From: an uncultured Bacilli bacterium
Lineage (GTDB): Bacteria > Bacillota_I > Bacilli_A > RF39 > UBA660
Direction of reading: 5' to 3'
Assembly (NCBI GenBank): GCA_944372055.1
Contig: CALVYF010000002.1
Coordinates: 43,628-107,627 of the forward strand
Length of the DNA stretch: 64,000 bases
A program made the translations under genes and the position numbers. The notes beneath the pieces are model-generated. The model had not been told where the DNA came from. It was given only the letters and a program-made list of their open reading frames with translations, and did no database searches. Shown in pieces: positions 19,001 through 26,213 of the stretch (position 1 is its first letter; every line of letters starts with the position of its first letter).

Positions 19001-22000
19001 TTTAGTAATATTTTTGGACTGATCCTCTATAGTAACAAGATTTCCGTTGTCATCATAATTATAATCGCCACTTGTAACATTTTTATATAATGCGAGATTA
19101 GTTACATAGAAATCATTTGCTTGACGTCCAAAACCGAAAATAATCTTAATGGCTTCAAAGTCTTCAGGAGCGCGACCCCTATAAGAAAAATATTGCCATC
19201 TATCTTTATTTAAATTGAATTTTCCTTTAGTTAAAATACAATATTCTGCATCCTTTCCAACAGGTTTAAAATAAATCATAACTTCACTAGCAGACATTGG
19301 CTCAGAAGCAAAAATCCCTTCATTTTTATACCAAAATGAAATTGTATATAGATCACCGCCCTTACCAGATACTGGAATTGTTTTGGTCAACTTATTAGAT
19401 TGCAGTATATTGTTATGTATTTTTAATGCAGTATTCTTATTGTTATTAAATTTAACAATTGAAAAAATATTTGATGTATCTATACTACTTCCGTCTTTTA
19501 ATGATATTGCTTCTGGAATCCAGTCAGAAATTCCTTCACTAAAGTCGGCATTTTCGATAATGTTGTAACTGTTTGCTACTTCACCTTCTTCTAATTGAAT
19601 GTCATCTAAATAAGTAATTCCAATTGAAGGAAATGAAATTGTGATTTTTAAATCAGTTTGTGCATCCTGATCATAGCTAATTGTTACATCACTTCTGCTG
19701 AAATTATCTGACACTTCAATAGATGTTTCTGATTTAACTAATGTATTATTTTCTTTTAAATATGATAGTGAAATAGATATAGGTTCACTCGTTTTAAAAT
19801 ATCCGCTAAATGTATATTTCTTATCTTTAAGTAATGAAATTGTTTTTTCTATGCTCTGTCCTGCTTTAAGACATTCTAGTTTTAAAGATTGATTTCCCGT
19901 ATGTTTATATTGGGTAGTAATTTCCTTATTTATGCCTGTTATATCAGATACAATAAAACCATCATTATCCTCTTCGAAGCTACTATTCTTTAAGTAATTT
20001 TTCACAGATTTAATAGGAATGGAATTAGAGAGAATTCTATTTTTTGTTACTTCATCATCTCCATAACTTTGTGCTATAGAATATGCGGTATCTATATTTT
20101 CACTATCAATTAGACTATTTCTAGAAACAACATTCCCATACTCATTATAGATTAATGTCATTGCCTTTTGATTATTATCTATCAATGTTGTTGAATTATA
20201 TGCGTAATCCAAGGTGTAGAATTGTCCTATTTTATTATTCAATCCTATTTCTGTTACTTTTTTGATACGATACGGCTTTTCATTATAGTATTCATATTCC
20301 ATTTTAATGCCTGTAACATCAGTAATAGAAGAAAGAATATTATATTCATTATAATTCATAACTGTCGTACCCTTAATATTTTCTAAAGATGTTAATGCAT
20401 TATTAATATAGTTTAATGTGGTTGTTGTCAAATCGGAACTAGTTATTATAATACTACTTTGATTATATGTAAGATTAACTTCTTGATTATGATTATCACA
20501 AATTTTAATTATATTATTTTCATCATCATAAAAAATTTCATTATAATTTTCATTTGTATCTATAATTTTTTTCAAATAATAATTATCATTTATTAGGTTA
20601 AAAATCATTTTAGTATCATCTTGATCCACTAATGTTAATTCCGAACTATTTAATTCAATTGTTAATCCCAAATTATCTTCATCTACATAGATGTTTTCTG
20701 ATATTTCAACAGTACCATCAAGTGATTGTGTTGTTTTTTTCCTAAAATAATGTAATGTTGCACTTTCATCATTATATTCTAAATAATCAGTATCTTCAAT
20801 TGTGCATTTTTTGATCACTTGATTGTAATTCAATTTATATCCATTACCAAATTTAGTGTGATTATTAAGAGTTACGTCATTCGTATTATAAACTAATGAC
20901 AAATTTACTGGCAATTTTCCTCCGATTGTATGACCTAAATTAAAAATTGTAGTCAAATTGCCATTATATGTATTTACGTACGCTTTACCATTTGAAAAAG
21001 AATGACTTTGATAGTCCAAATATGATTCTAAACCATTATAATTTCGGTAAGCAATAACAAGTGTAGGTCTTGGATTATTATCCTCTGTAAAAGTATTGTT
21101 TTTTGAATAAAAAGCTGGATAATCGTCATCTTCATAAGTTTCTTCGTTTGTTGATTTTAACATTATTCCATAATTAGGGGTATCTTTGTACCACCTTTTT
21201 ACTAAATCTGTAATATTCATATCATATAACGAATAACCCGGTATAATAGCATCGTTAATAACTTCACTTCTATATCCCATATATATGCTTTCTATTCGTT
21301 CATCATATTTATCATGCATATTATCCCATTTTGCTGTTTCTTCATTCCAATCCTTAGTAATCCTATGAATTGTTGCCATCTTTTCTGGAGGGTTTATTGT
21401 GTAAGTTGGATATGCAATTAAACTTAACCCTGCATATATAATTTCACTACCTGTGCCTATTGTAGGCAAATCAAATTTTATTAATGTTCTGTTAATTCTG
21501 TTATTGCCATTTACTTTTTCTACGCCTGCTTTTAGATATGGTTTATTATTATTGCTATCCGTATTATCTCCAGAATAAATATATGTATCATATACTGAGT
21601 TATTATTATTTGTGGTGATTGTAGGGTCAATATAAACAGGATATTTAACTTTTGATGATGTTAACCATTGATTGTCTAATATTAAATCTAAATCATAATG
21701 ATTCTCATGCTTCGTAATATTATAATGTACATTATAATTTCTTTGACCTAGTGAATCCTCCATATATGGAGATTCAATCATAAACACTTTTTTATCACAA
21801 TCTATTGCAAAAATCTGATTTTCTTCTAATTTTAATTCCAAATTTGTTTCAATAATAAAATCTAATTTACTATAATTAGAATTTTTCAATATAATTGTTT
21901 CTTTTAGTTTTGATGGCATTGCTTTATATTCTATATCAACATCTTGCAATACTTCATCATAAGATATTTCTTGAATTAATTTTGAACTTGATTTTCTTTT

Positions 22001-22288
22001 GATGTTAGACTGATTACAATCGTGTAATTTAATATATAAATACTTATTATCTTTGGTGAGTTTCATTAGATATTTAGAAATTTGTTTTTCAAACTCCACT
22101 TTATAATTATTACTCTTGTTTGTTAATGTATTCCCTTGTTCAACTAATGTATTATCAATTTCATGATACATACCATTACTTAAATAATGTATATCGTTAT
22201 CATACATTTTAGCAACAATTATACCATCATCTCTTAAAAAATGCTTTTCACGAGGCTTTCTTTTTTCAATTAATTCTATCTCTTTCAC
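16040..22288 (-). CDS. RHS/YD-repeat polymorphic toxin, 2082 aa, GTG start, no recognisable signal peptide
   Basis: Dozens of YD repeats (YxYDxxGNxxxxxD, e.g. FTYDKKNQLIKTTTPLGQNFRYEYD, YEYDLYGNITKK). RHS core end YYLNTRYYNPEWGRFISADV...YAYVSNNPINKSDPNG, followed by a ~204-aa variable C-terminus. The N-terminus MKEIELIEKRKPREKHFLRDD is hydrophilic. RBS AGGAGGAATAAG-GTG. Confidence 0.9.
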   Translation of the reverse strand: MKEIELIEKRKPREKHFLRDDGIIVAKMYDNDIHYLSNGMYHEIDNTLVEQGNTLTNKSNNYKVEFEKQISKYLMKLTKDNKYLYIKLHDCNQSNIKRKSSSKLIQEISYDEVLQDVDIEYKAMPSKLKETIILKNSNYSKLDFIIETNLELKLEENQIFAIDCDKKVFMIESPYMEDSLGQRNYNVHYNITKHENHYDLDLILDNQWLTSSKVKYPVYIDPTITTNNNNSVYDTYIYSGDNTDSNNNKPYLKAGVEKVNGNNRINRTLIKFDLPTIGTGSEIIYAGLSLIAYPTYTINPPEKMATIHRITKDWNEETAKWDNMHDKYDERIESIYMGYRSEVINDAIIPGYSLYDMNITDLVKRWYKDTPNYGIMLKSTNEETYEDDDYPAFYSKNNTFTEDNNPRPTLVIAYRNYNGLESYLDYQSHSFSNGKAYVNTYNGNLTTIFNLGHTIGGKLPVNLSLVYNTNDVTLNNHTKFGNGYKLNYNQVIKKCTIEDTDYLEYNDESATLHYFRKKTTQSLDGTVEISENIYVDEDNLGLTIELNSSELTLVDQDDTKMIFNLINDNYYLKKIIDTNENYNEIFYDDENNIIKICDNHNQEVNLTYNQSSIIITSSDLTTTTLNYINNALTSLENIKGTTVMNYNEYNILSSITDVTGIKMEYEYYNEKPYRIKKVTEIGLNNKIGQFYTLDYAYNSTTLIDNNQKAMTLIYNEYGNVVSRNSLIDSENIDTAYSIAQSYGDDEVTKNRILSNSIPIKSVKNYLKNSSFEEDNDGFIVSDITGINKEITTQYKHTGNQSLKLECLKAGQSIEKTISLLKDKKYTFSGYFKTSEPISISLSYLKENNTLVKSETSIEVSDNFSRSDVTISYDQDAQTDLKITISFPSIGITYLDDIQLEEGEVANSYNIIENADFSEGISDWIPEAISLKDGSSIDTSNIFSIVKFNNNKNTALKIHNNILQSNKLTKTIPVSGKGGDLYTISFWYKNEGIFASEPMSASEVMIYFKPVGKDAEYCILTKGKFNLNKDRWQYFSYRGRAPEDFEAIKIIFGFGRQANDFYVTNLALYKNVTSGDYNYDDNGNLVTIEDQSKNITKFTYDKKNQLIKTTTPLGQNFRYEYDNEKPNKILSAISSEGISNKIKYDSAGNPVSIKIQKRGSSSIENGKYKIRLKGTEKFIKTHITSVLLEENLCSNTVWDVEKLEENDEIYYKFKYSILPEYYLSYDNNNNIMLSNVDINNKFRLRKNDNGSYYLEAESKKMEEGGEVVRFLSAIDDKLILNSMVDDTSKYEFYIEPISEEFIETIATYSDDNRFVKSVTDMNLKKTTYCTDNITGLVTSITDANDVSTNYTYNNKNQLTSITTGEKVVNYFYNQQNNLSKIQLGNLEYNFDYDDFLNLKSLKVNNTTLLENQYSDSNGKLISVKFGNQQSKKYEYDDFNRLEKIIDSENTYQYKYDNNNRVAKIISNNGIINAHYDIANRITKYTNGDFQINYTYDNNNNIINRTYKLMNIINSINNENNEDGVVIKSSLGDLETTYTYDSLNRLLSQNIDKKYQRRYEYLSYGNRLTGLVKKYINNDNDIYNYEYDKLNNISRIYHNNSLINQYSYDQYGQLIKEENYRESQNIEYEYDLYGNITKKTIKDQENNIVNVNIYNYNNTWRDQLTNYNNTNICYDNVGNIIKIGNNIVLNWINGHELKSYVDSKKNINLNFKYDMNGLRTSKESNGIVTNYYYEGSKLIFERTNNNVLFFIRDNEDLIGLKYNDNIYYYLKNLQDDIIGILDNTGNKIVEYQYDSWGKLINIVDNSLEGIGTINPIRYRSYYYDNETNLYYLNTRYYNPEWGRFISADVCIGMNNDHIGYNLYAYVSNNPINKSDPNGQGFLSWAKKTMNNIKKKAKKAINKAKKALKKVGNAIVSGAQALWNGAKKVVNTLYDWSQAINNSFVIEGEIGFGFGGKIGTGPIKGEFGASKTIGKGIEEGKSYDYTATSGGIVFGSDILGKVGFGADIKHKDNGDSNPFAMPWEDEIWNDPDTEKDIVLGYEIGDESFKATGEKTPDDDKMFIGIDISGFIGIGGGIKIGFNIPV
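16043..16654 (-). other. Variable C-terminal toxin domain of the RHS protein (after the DPNG cleavage-type motif)
   Basis: FLSWAKKTMNNIKKKAKKAINKAKKALKKVGNAI (Lys-rich amphipathic helix) followed by Gly-rich segments GEIGFGFGGKIGTGPIKGEFG and GIDISGFIGIGGGIKIGFNIPV. Confidence 0.6.
19085..20026 (-). other. Two tandem carbohydrate-binding-module-like jelly-roll domains inside the RHS protein (approx. aa 755-1068)
   Basis: Each module starts with an N(S/A)(S/D)FE(E/G)...W/F pattern (LKNSSFEEDNDGF..., IENADFSEGISDWIP...) and ends with ...Y(L/V)D(D)IQLEEG or FYVTNLALYK, as in CBM4/9/22-type modules. Boundaries are approximate. Confidence 0.45.
21029..21616 (-). other. DNRLRE-type beta domain in the RHS N-terminal region (approx. 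aa 225-420)
   Basis: DTYIYSGDNTDSNNNKPYLKAGV...NRINRTLIKFDLP...ATIHRITKDWNEETAKW follows the pattern I recall for the DNRLRE domain seen at the N-terminus of Firmicute wall-associated/RHS proteins. Assigned from memory, not from a search. Confidence 0.4.
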
Positions 22289-22299
22289 CTTATTCCTCC

Positions 22300-22923
22300 T
22301 TAACTAATTCTTTTCCATACATAAACTGCTAAATATGGTGGCATGTTATTATGTGCTTGACTTCCTCCAGTATTATTTATTGTAACAGTATGTGAGTGAG
22401 CTCCGGCAGATGCAAATGATCCATATTCTGCTGCGTCTGCTTGTTGTGTTCTTGCAACACAGGCGTAAGTAGCTGAACCATCACCTTTTGTAGTCCACCA
22501 TCCTTTAAAGGTATGCCTGTGCTCTCCAGTACTATTTGTGCTAGCTGTATGATTATGACTTGGTATTTCATTTGTATTTAAAACATGGCTAGCCTCTCCT
22601 CCAGTAGTACCATTGGCATATTCTGTACCACATGCTAATAAAAATCTATCTTGAATTTGTTCCCATTGTCCACCAAATAATTGACCTGGATTTTCTGAAT
22701 TGATAGACATATAAATTGATCCTACAGGATAAACTACATCAATAATCGGCTGAGAAGAAATAGAATTTGCAGTTAAGCTCTTAACAATTAGATTACCATC
22801 ACTATCTAACCAAAAATTGCTATTTTTTGATGTAATACAATTAGCGTTTAATTGGTGAATGGCTAAATTTGTATTTTCTTCTTCCTTAGTAAATGCGTTA
22901 ATAATATAATCATATTCGTTCAT
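22300..22923 (-). CDS. Phage tail-fibre/baseplate-type receptor-binding-like protein, translationally coupled to the RHS gene
   Basis: YPVGSIYMSINSENPGQLFGGQWEQIQDRFLLACG...GGEASHVLNTNEIPSHNHT, three HxH motifs (HNHT, HRHT, HSHT) and the C-terminal AHNNMPPYLAVYVWKR. This is the pattern of prophage tail-fibre/baseplate tip proteins of Firmicutes. Its TAA stop lies inside the RBS of the RHS gene. Confidence 0.6.
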   Translation of the reverse strand: MNEYDYIINAFTKEEENTNLAIHQLNANCITSKNSNFWLDSDGNLIVKSLTANSISSQPIIDVVYPVGSIYMSINSENPGQLFGGQWEQIQDRFLLACGTEYANGTTGGEASHVLNTNEIPSHNHTASTNSTGEHRHTFKGWWTTKGDGSATYACVARTQQADAAEYGSFASAGAHSHTVTINNTGGSQAHNNMPPYLAVYVWKRIS

Positions 22924-23065
22924 ATTTTTTCCTCACTTTTCTTTTTTTTAATTTCTTTTTTAATTATTAAGTATAAGATATTTTAATATTCATCCTATTT
23001 ATATCTCGTCAACTCATAGCAATCATCTCCTTTTCTGTTTCAATTTTCTCTTAAAATTAAAAAAT

Positions 23066-23094
23066 ATTACAGTACGCGAGACGTACTATTTTTG
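23066..23094 (-). promoter_or_regulatory. Conserved palindromic element, copy 1 (upstream of the tail-fibre-like/RHS operon)
   Basis: ATTACAGTACgcgaGACGTACTATTTTTG. The inverted repeat AGTACG/CGTACT is centred about 155 nt upstream of the start at 22923. 23 of 28 positions are identical to copy 2. Confidence 0.5.
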
Positions 23095-23152
23095 TTGCAT
23101 TTTTTTCTTATAAATTAATTAAATTGTTACCTTTAGAGTAAATAAACAAAAG

Positions 23153-23181
23153 AAAAATGGTACATCACACGTACCATTTTT
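23153..23181 (-). terminator. Rho-independent terminator after the lysin gene
   Basis: ATGGTAC-atcacac-GTACCAT stem flanked by A5/T5 runs, 11 nt downstream of the stop at 23192. Confidence 0.7.
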
Positions 23182-23191
23182 AAATATTTTT

Positions 23192-24127
23192 TTATACTTC
23201 GTATAGAAATGTACTATAAACCCATATATCGTGATTGTTTATTTTTAATTTAGCAGAATTTGTTTTTACATCAATATCAATTATCTCATAAATATTTTTG
23301 TTTATTACATAACTAGAACCACCAGTTAATTTTTGATCTTTAGTTGCTGCACCGTTTTTATCTACTTCTGTAAAATCATAAGTAGGTATCCAATGATAGT
23401 CTTGTACTTTTTCTTTTCTATAACTATCGATTGAGCAACCAGTTAATTCACAACAACCAAACATATTACTGGATACGGGACTTTTAATTATATCTACTTT
23501 AAATATACCATCAAATTTCACCTTACTTCTTATATGTAAAATTTGATCTATAATTTCTTTTCTTGATAATTCTTTTATTGGAGTCTCATTTGTCGTTTTC
23601 CAATTACCTCCCATACCTTTTATAATGTTTGTATTATCAACGAAGTAACAACTATCTAAATCATACTCATTATTAAACATATAATTACCATATTTATTTA
23701 GCTTCCATGTAGTATCAGAAGATTGGCTAACTTCGATATGGCAATGAACTCCAGTCATATTTGAAAATCCTTTATTTCCCATATTTCCAAGTTGTTGTCC
23801 TTGTTTTACTAGTTGCCCTACTTTTGCATTCATAGCATTATCATGAGCTGTCATAAATGTAGCATAATCTATCCTTCCATTAGAAAATCTAACTTTATTA
23901 ATAGATTGCCACATAACTTGTCCAGTTTCTGGATATGTTTTTAAGCACTTACACGTGCATGGCGCATAATAAGGATACTTTACACCGGCTACTTTTCCTC
24001 GAACATCGTTAGCCATAATTCCTCTATGACTATATTTTCCATTTGACCCTTGACTAATGTACATATCAGTAAATGGGCATAAAAAGTCTTCTATATTATT
24101 TCTAATGGATGTTTGACCTTTAATCAT
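23192..24127 (-). CDS. Phage-type peptidoglycan hydrolase: M23-like endopeptidase domain + C-terminal putative wall-binding domain
   Basis: QQLGNMGNKGFSNMTGVHCHIEV (M23 HxH region) and YSHRGIMANDV upstream. No signal peptide. Overlaps the holin gene by 8 nt. Confidence 0.65.
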   Translation of the reverse strand: MIKGQTSIRNNIEDFLCPFTDMYISQGSNGKYSHRGIMANDVRGKVAGVKYPYYAPCTCKCLKTYPETGQVMWQSINKVRFSNGRIDYATFMTAHDNAMNAKVGQLVKQGQQLGNMGNKGFSNMTGVHCHIEVSQSSDTTWKLNKYGNYMFNNEYDLDSCYFVDNTNIIKGMGGNWKTTNETPIKELSRKEIIDQILHIRSKVKFDGIFKVDIIKSPVSSNMFGCCELTGCSIDSYRKEKVQDYHWIPTYDFTEVDKNGAATKDQKLTGGSSYVINKNIYEIIDIDVKTNSAKLKINNHDIWVYSTFLYEV

Positions 24128-24341
24128 AAAGAGTACCTTTTTTCTTAATATTTAGCACTACAGATATTGCACTACCGATAGCACCTGCAATTAAGCCATA
24201 TATTGCGGTTTTATTAGTTATATCCACTGTCATGATATTTACTGCGATATATGATGCAAAAACCTCTATAAAAGTTTTAATAGCTCGTTCTACTTTCGGC
24301 TTTTTTAAAAATTTTTTTAATTTATATATAAATCTATCCAT
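24120..24341 (-). CDS. Holin (LL-H-type, two TM helices)
   Basis: 73 aa. Basic N-terminus, ERAIKTFIEVFASYIAVNIM and AIYGLIAGAIGSAISVVLNI helices, charged C-tail. Immediately precedes the lysin. Confidence 0.6.
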   Translation of the reverse strand: MDRFIYKLKKFLKKPKVERAIKTFIEVFASYIAVNIMTVDITNKTAIYGLIAGAIGSAISVVLNIKKKGTLYD

Positions 24342-24342
24342 A

Positions 24343-24663
24343 TTACCACTCCTTATTAATTTTTTCTTCTAATTTTCCAACTCTTTCACTAACATTTTTT
24401 GTTTGTTCTTCGCATCTTGCAATTCTCTCTGTCATAATATCAAATTTATCATTAATACCTCTTATTTCATCTTTTAGATCATTATTTCCAGAAAGTACCA
24501 TATCTAACTTTGTTGAAATTGTAGTATCTCTTTTGACTCTATCTGTAATAGAATCTTTTGCCCGACTTCCTAAATTTGCTTTATATGTCAAAAAAGCAAT
24601 TAAAGAAGTGATTGCAGTACATATAATTGATATTAGTGATGAATAATTTACATCAATAATCAC
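24343..24663 (-). CDS. N-terminally membrane-anchored coiled-coil protein (lysis-module accessory, function unknown)
   Basis: GTG start with an AAAGGAG RBS. TM helix LISIICTAITSLIAFLTY followed by a heptad-like charged region. 1-nt gap to the holin gene. Confidence 0.35.
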   Translation of the reverse strand: MIIDVNYSSLISIICTAITSLIAFLTYKANLGSRAKDSITDRVKRDTTISTKLDMVLSGNNDLKDEIRGINDKFDIMTERIARCEEQTKNVSERVGKLEEKINKEW

Positions 24664-24768
24664 TTACAGCGCTCCTTTCTTATATTTTTGAAAATATACT
24701 AAAATAATTATGGCAATGGCATATATACACCTCCAATCTATAATTACTTTCTCATTTCTAATATTTTA

Positions 24769-24796
24769 ATTACAGTACATTTGACGTACTATTTTG
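24769..24796 (-). promoter_or_regulatory. Conserved palindromic element, copy 2 (upstream of the lysis operon, downstream of the XRE gene)
   Basis: ATTACAGTACatttGACGTACTATTTTG, centred about 120 nt upstream of the GTG at 24663. Confidence 0.5.
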
Positions 24797-24798
24797 CA

Positions 24799-24830
24799 CA
24801 AAAAAACGTATTTAATTTTAATACGTTTCA
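24799..24830 (-). terminator. Rho-independent terminator after the XRE regulator gene
   Basis: AACGTATT-N7-AATACGTT stem followed by T6 on the minus strand. Confidence 0.6.
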
Positions 24831-24836
24831 ATTAAT

Positions 24837-25307
24837 TTATAATTTGATTTTAGTAAGCTCATTTATTTGGTTTCTTTTTAAGAATTCATTTATATCATCA
24901 ATGGGCATATTATAAAAGTTTCTTAATATAAAGCAATATATGCAGTTTTCTTTCGTTAAATTATTTTCGATATTGTATCCACTCATTTTTATTAATTCAA
25001 AACTAAATTCTGGAGGCAATTTCATACCTATACACAATGCAATTATAGTTTCTACTGAATATCCTCTTTTATCGTTGGTTTCTATTTCTTTTATGGTTTG
25101 TGCACTTATGTATGAACTTTCTTCTAATTGTTCTCTAGTTAATCCAATACTTTCTCTATAATATCTTAATCTCTTTCTAAAATTATAAGGTACAGAATCT
25201 AAAATTTGATAAACCTTATTATAATATTGACTGAACTTTTCTGGAGTGATTTTAATTTCCTCTGATGTTTCAAATCCTTTGATTTTTATATATTGTTTTT
25301 TAGGCAT
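24837..25307 (-). CDS. XRE-family helix-turn-helix transcriptional regulator
   Basis: RLRYYRESIGLTREQLEESSYISAQTIKEIETN is a classic Cro/CI-type HTH, with a ~75-aa C-terminal extension. Confidence 0.7.
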   Translation of the reverse strand: MPKKQYIKIKGFETSEEIKITPEKFSQYYNKVYQILDSVPYNFRKRLRYYRESIGLTREQLEESSYISAQTIKEIETNDKRGYSVETIIALCIGMKLPPEFSFELIKMSGYNIENNLTKENCIYCFILRNFYNMPIDDINEFLKRNQINELTKIKL

Positions 25308-25326
25308 AGGTATTATAATTGGACAT

Positions 25327-25872
25327 TCATAGTAACAAGGTTATTAGAGGATACGATTTTTTCAATTGCTTATTATTTCTTATTATATAGAAGTAATTAT
25401 CTAAAGAATCAGGAACCCATTCGCTAGATTTTAATATTTTTTTTAAAATAGATAAATTTAAAAATTTTCTGTTATTATTATGATTATAATTATTAATAAT
25501 TTTTAGTATATAATTCGTTACTATATTTTCAGTAACAAAATTTTTTAATGCTATTTTGTTTGGTCGATATTTTGTCCAATTCATTTTTTTCTTAGCGAGA
25601 CGTATGAATAATCTATCTAAACTATCTGGTAACAATATTTTAAAAATCTCTGTATTTTTTTCATTTTTGAATGTTTTCAATATATTATTTGAGTTATTTG
25701 CGTATATAGCTAAACATCTATTTATGTATTGTCTTTTATAATTGAATATTATCTTCACTTTTAAAATAGATTTTAAATTGACTTTAAATTCTGGTTGAAT
25801 ATTAAGATGTGATGATATTTTTTCTTTTGATATTTTTAATAAGAATTTTTCTGCATATTCTTTAAGTTTCAT
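25327..25872 (-). CDS. Hypothetical 181-aa Lys/Asn-rich protein
   Basis: ORF track entry with a GGAG RBS. No motif recognised. Confidence 0.3.
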   Translation of the reverse strand: MKLKEYAEKFLLKISKEKISSHLNIQPEFKVNLKSILKVKIIFNYKRQYINRCLAIYANNSNNILKTFKNEKNTEIFKILLPDSLDRLFIRLAKKKMNWTKYRPNKIALKNFVTENIVTNYILKIINNYNHNNNRKFLNLSILKKILKSSEWVPDSLDNYFYIIRNNKQLKKSYPLITLLL

Positions 25873-26182
25873 ACTTCATCGCTCCAACAACAAAAAAAGC
25901 AGTATAATCCTGATAATGGATAATACTGCAACACCATTTATTATTTATAATATATAAATTACCATATTTTTCCTTTTTGCGCAATTGAAAAAGTCTTTTA
26001 TTTGTTTCTTTTTTTGATGCTTCGTTGCTATTATTTTTCTGTTTTTTCTATATATTCTAACTTTAATTATTTGCAAAAAAGTGGATGACTTTATTAATGG
26101 TAATATAGGGGATACACAGTTAAAAGCTGTTAATAAGTCTACTTTCTTAACTATATTATATTACAAATTTATGATATTAAAT

Positions 26183-26213
26183 AAAAAAGGTTAACTGAAA
26201 TTAACCTTTTTTA
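26183..26213 (-). terminator. Terminator of the tRNA-Arg/tRNA-Thr transcription unit (bidirectional hairpin)
   Basis: AAAAAAGGTTAA-ctgaaa-TTAACCTTTTTT, preceded by a second small hairpin AGTCGA-ttagt-TCGACT (26219-26235). Confidence 0.7.

Noticed and set aside
16068-19568. Plus-strand ORFs inside the RHS gene (16068-16346, 18744-18980, 19383-19568), and the nested minus-strand ORF 22377-22571 in the fibre-like gene.
   Set aside because: They are antisense or out-of-frame shadows of long, motif-rich genes. They have low-complexity translations and no RBS. The many other 60-120-aa antisense ORFs in the track were rejected for the same reason (e.g. 1576-1782, 3045-3239, 4384-4701, 13674-13952, 32867-33232, 33645-33938, 34569-34934, 48817-49176, 60385-60642, 60488-60757).
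24690-24740. A strong RBS (GGAGGTG) followed by a 4-codon mini-ORF (ATG CCA TTG CCA TAA) upstream of the lysis operon, and a similar AAGGAG + tiny ORF upstream of the fibre-like gene.
   Set aside because: They are too short, the two sequences are not conserved, and in the second case the RBS spacing is poor. They are most likely chance or remnants of decayed phage genes.
25327-25872. The 181-aa Lys/Asn-rich ORF at the head of the toxin island as a TcdR/UviA-type alternative sigma factor. Its size and position would parallel the C. difficile PaLoc.
   Set aside because: I could not find region 2.4- or 4.2-like HTH motifs, such as the C-terminal SxxEIAxxLxISxxTV pattern. The assignment would be pure analogy. 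It is kept as hypothetical, and a profile search would settle the question.
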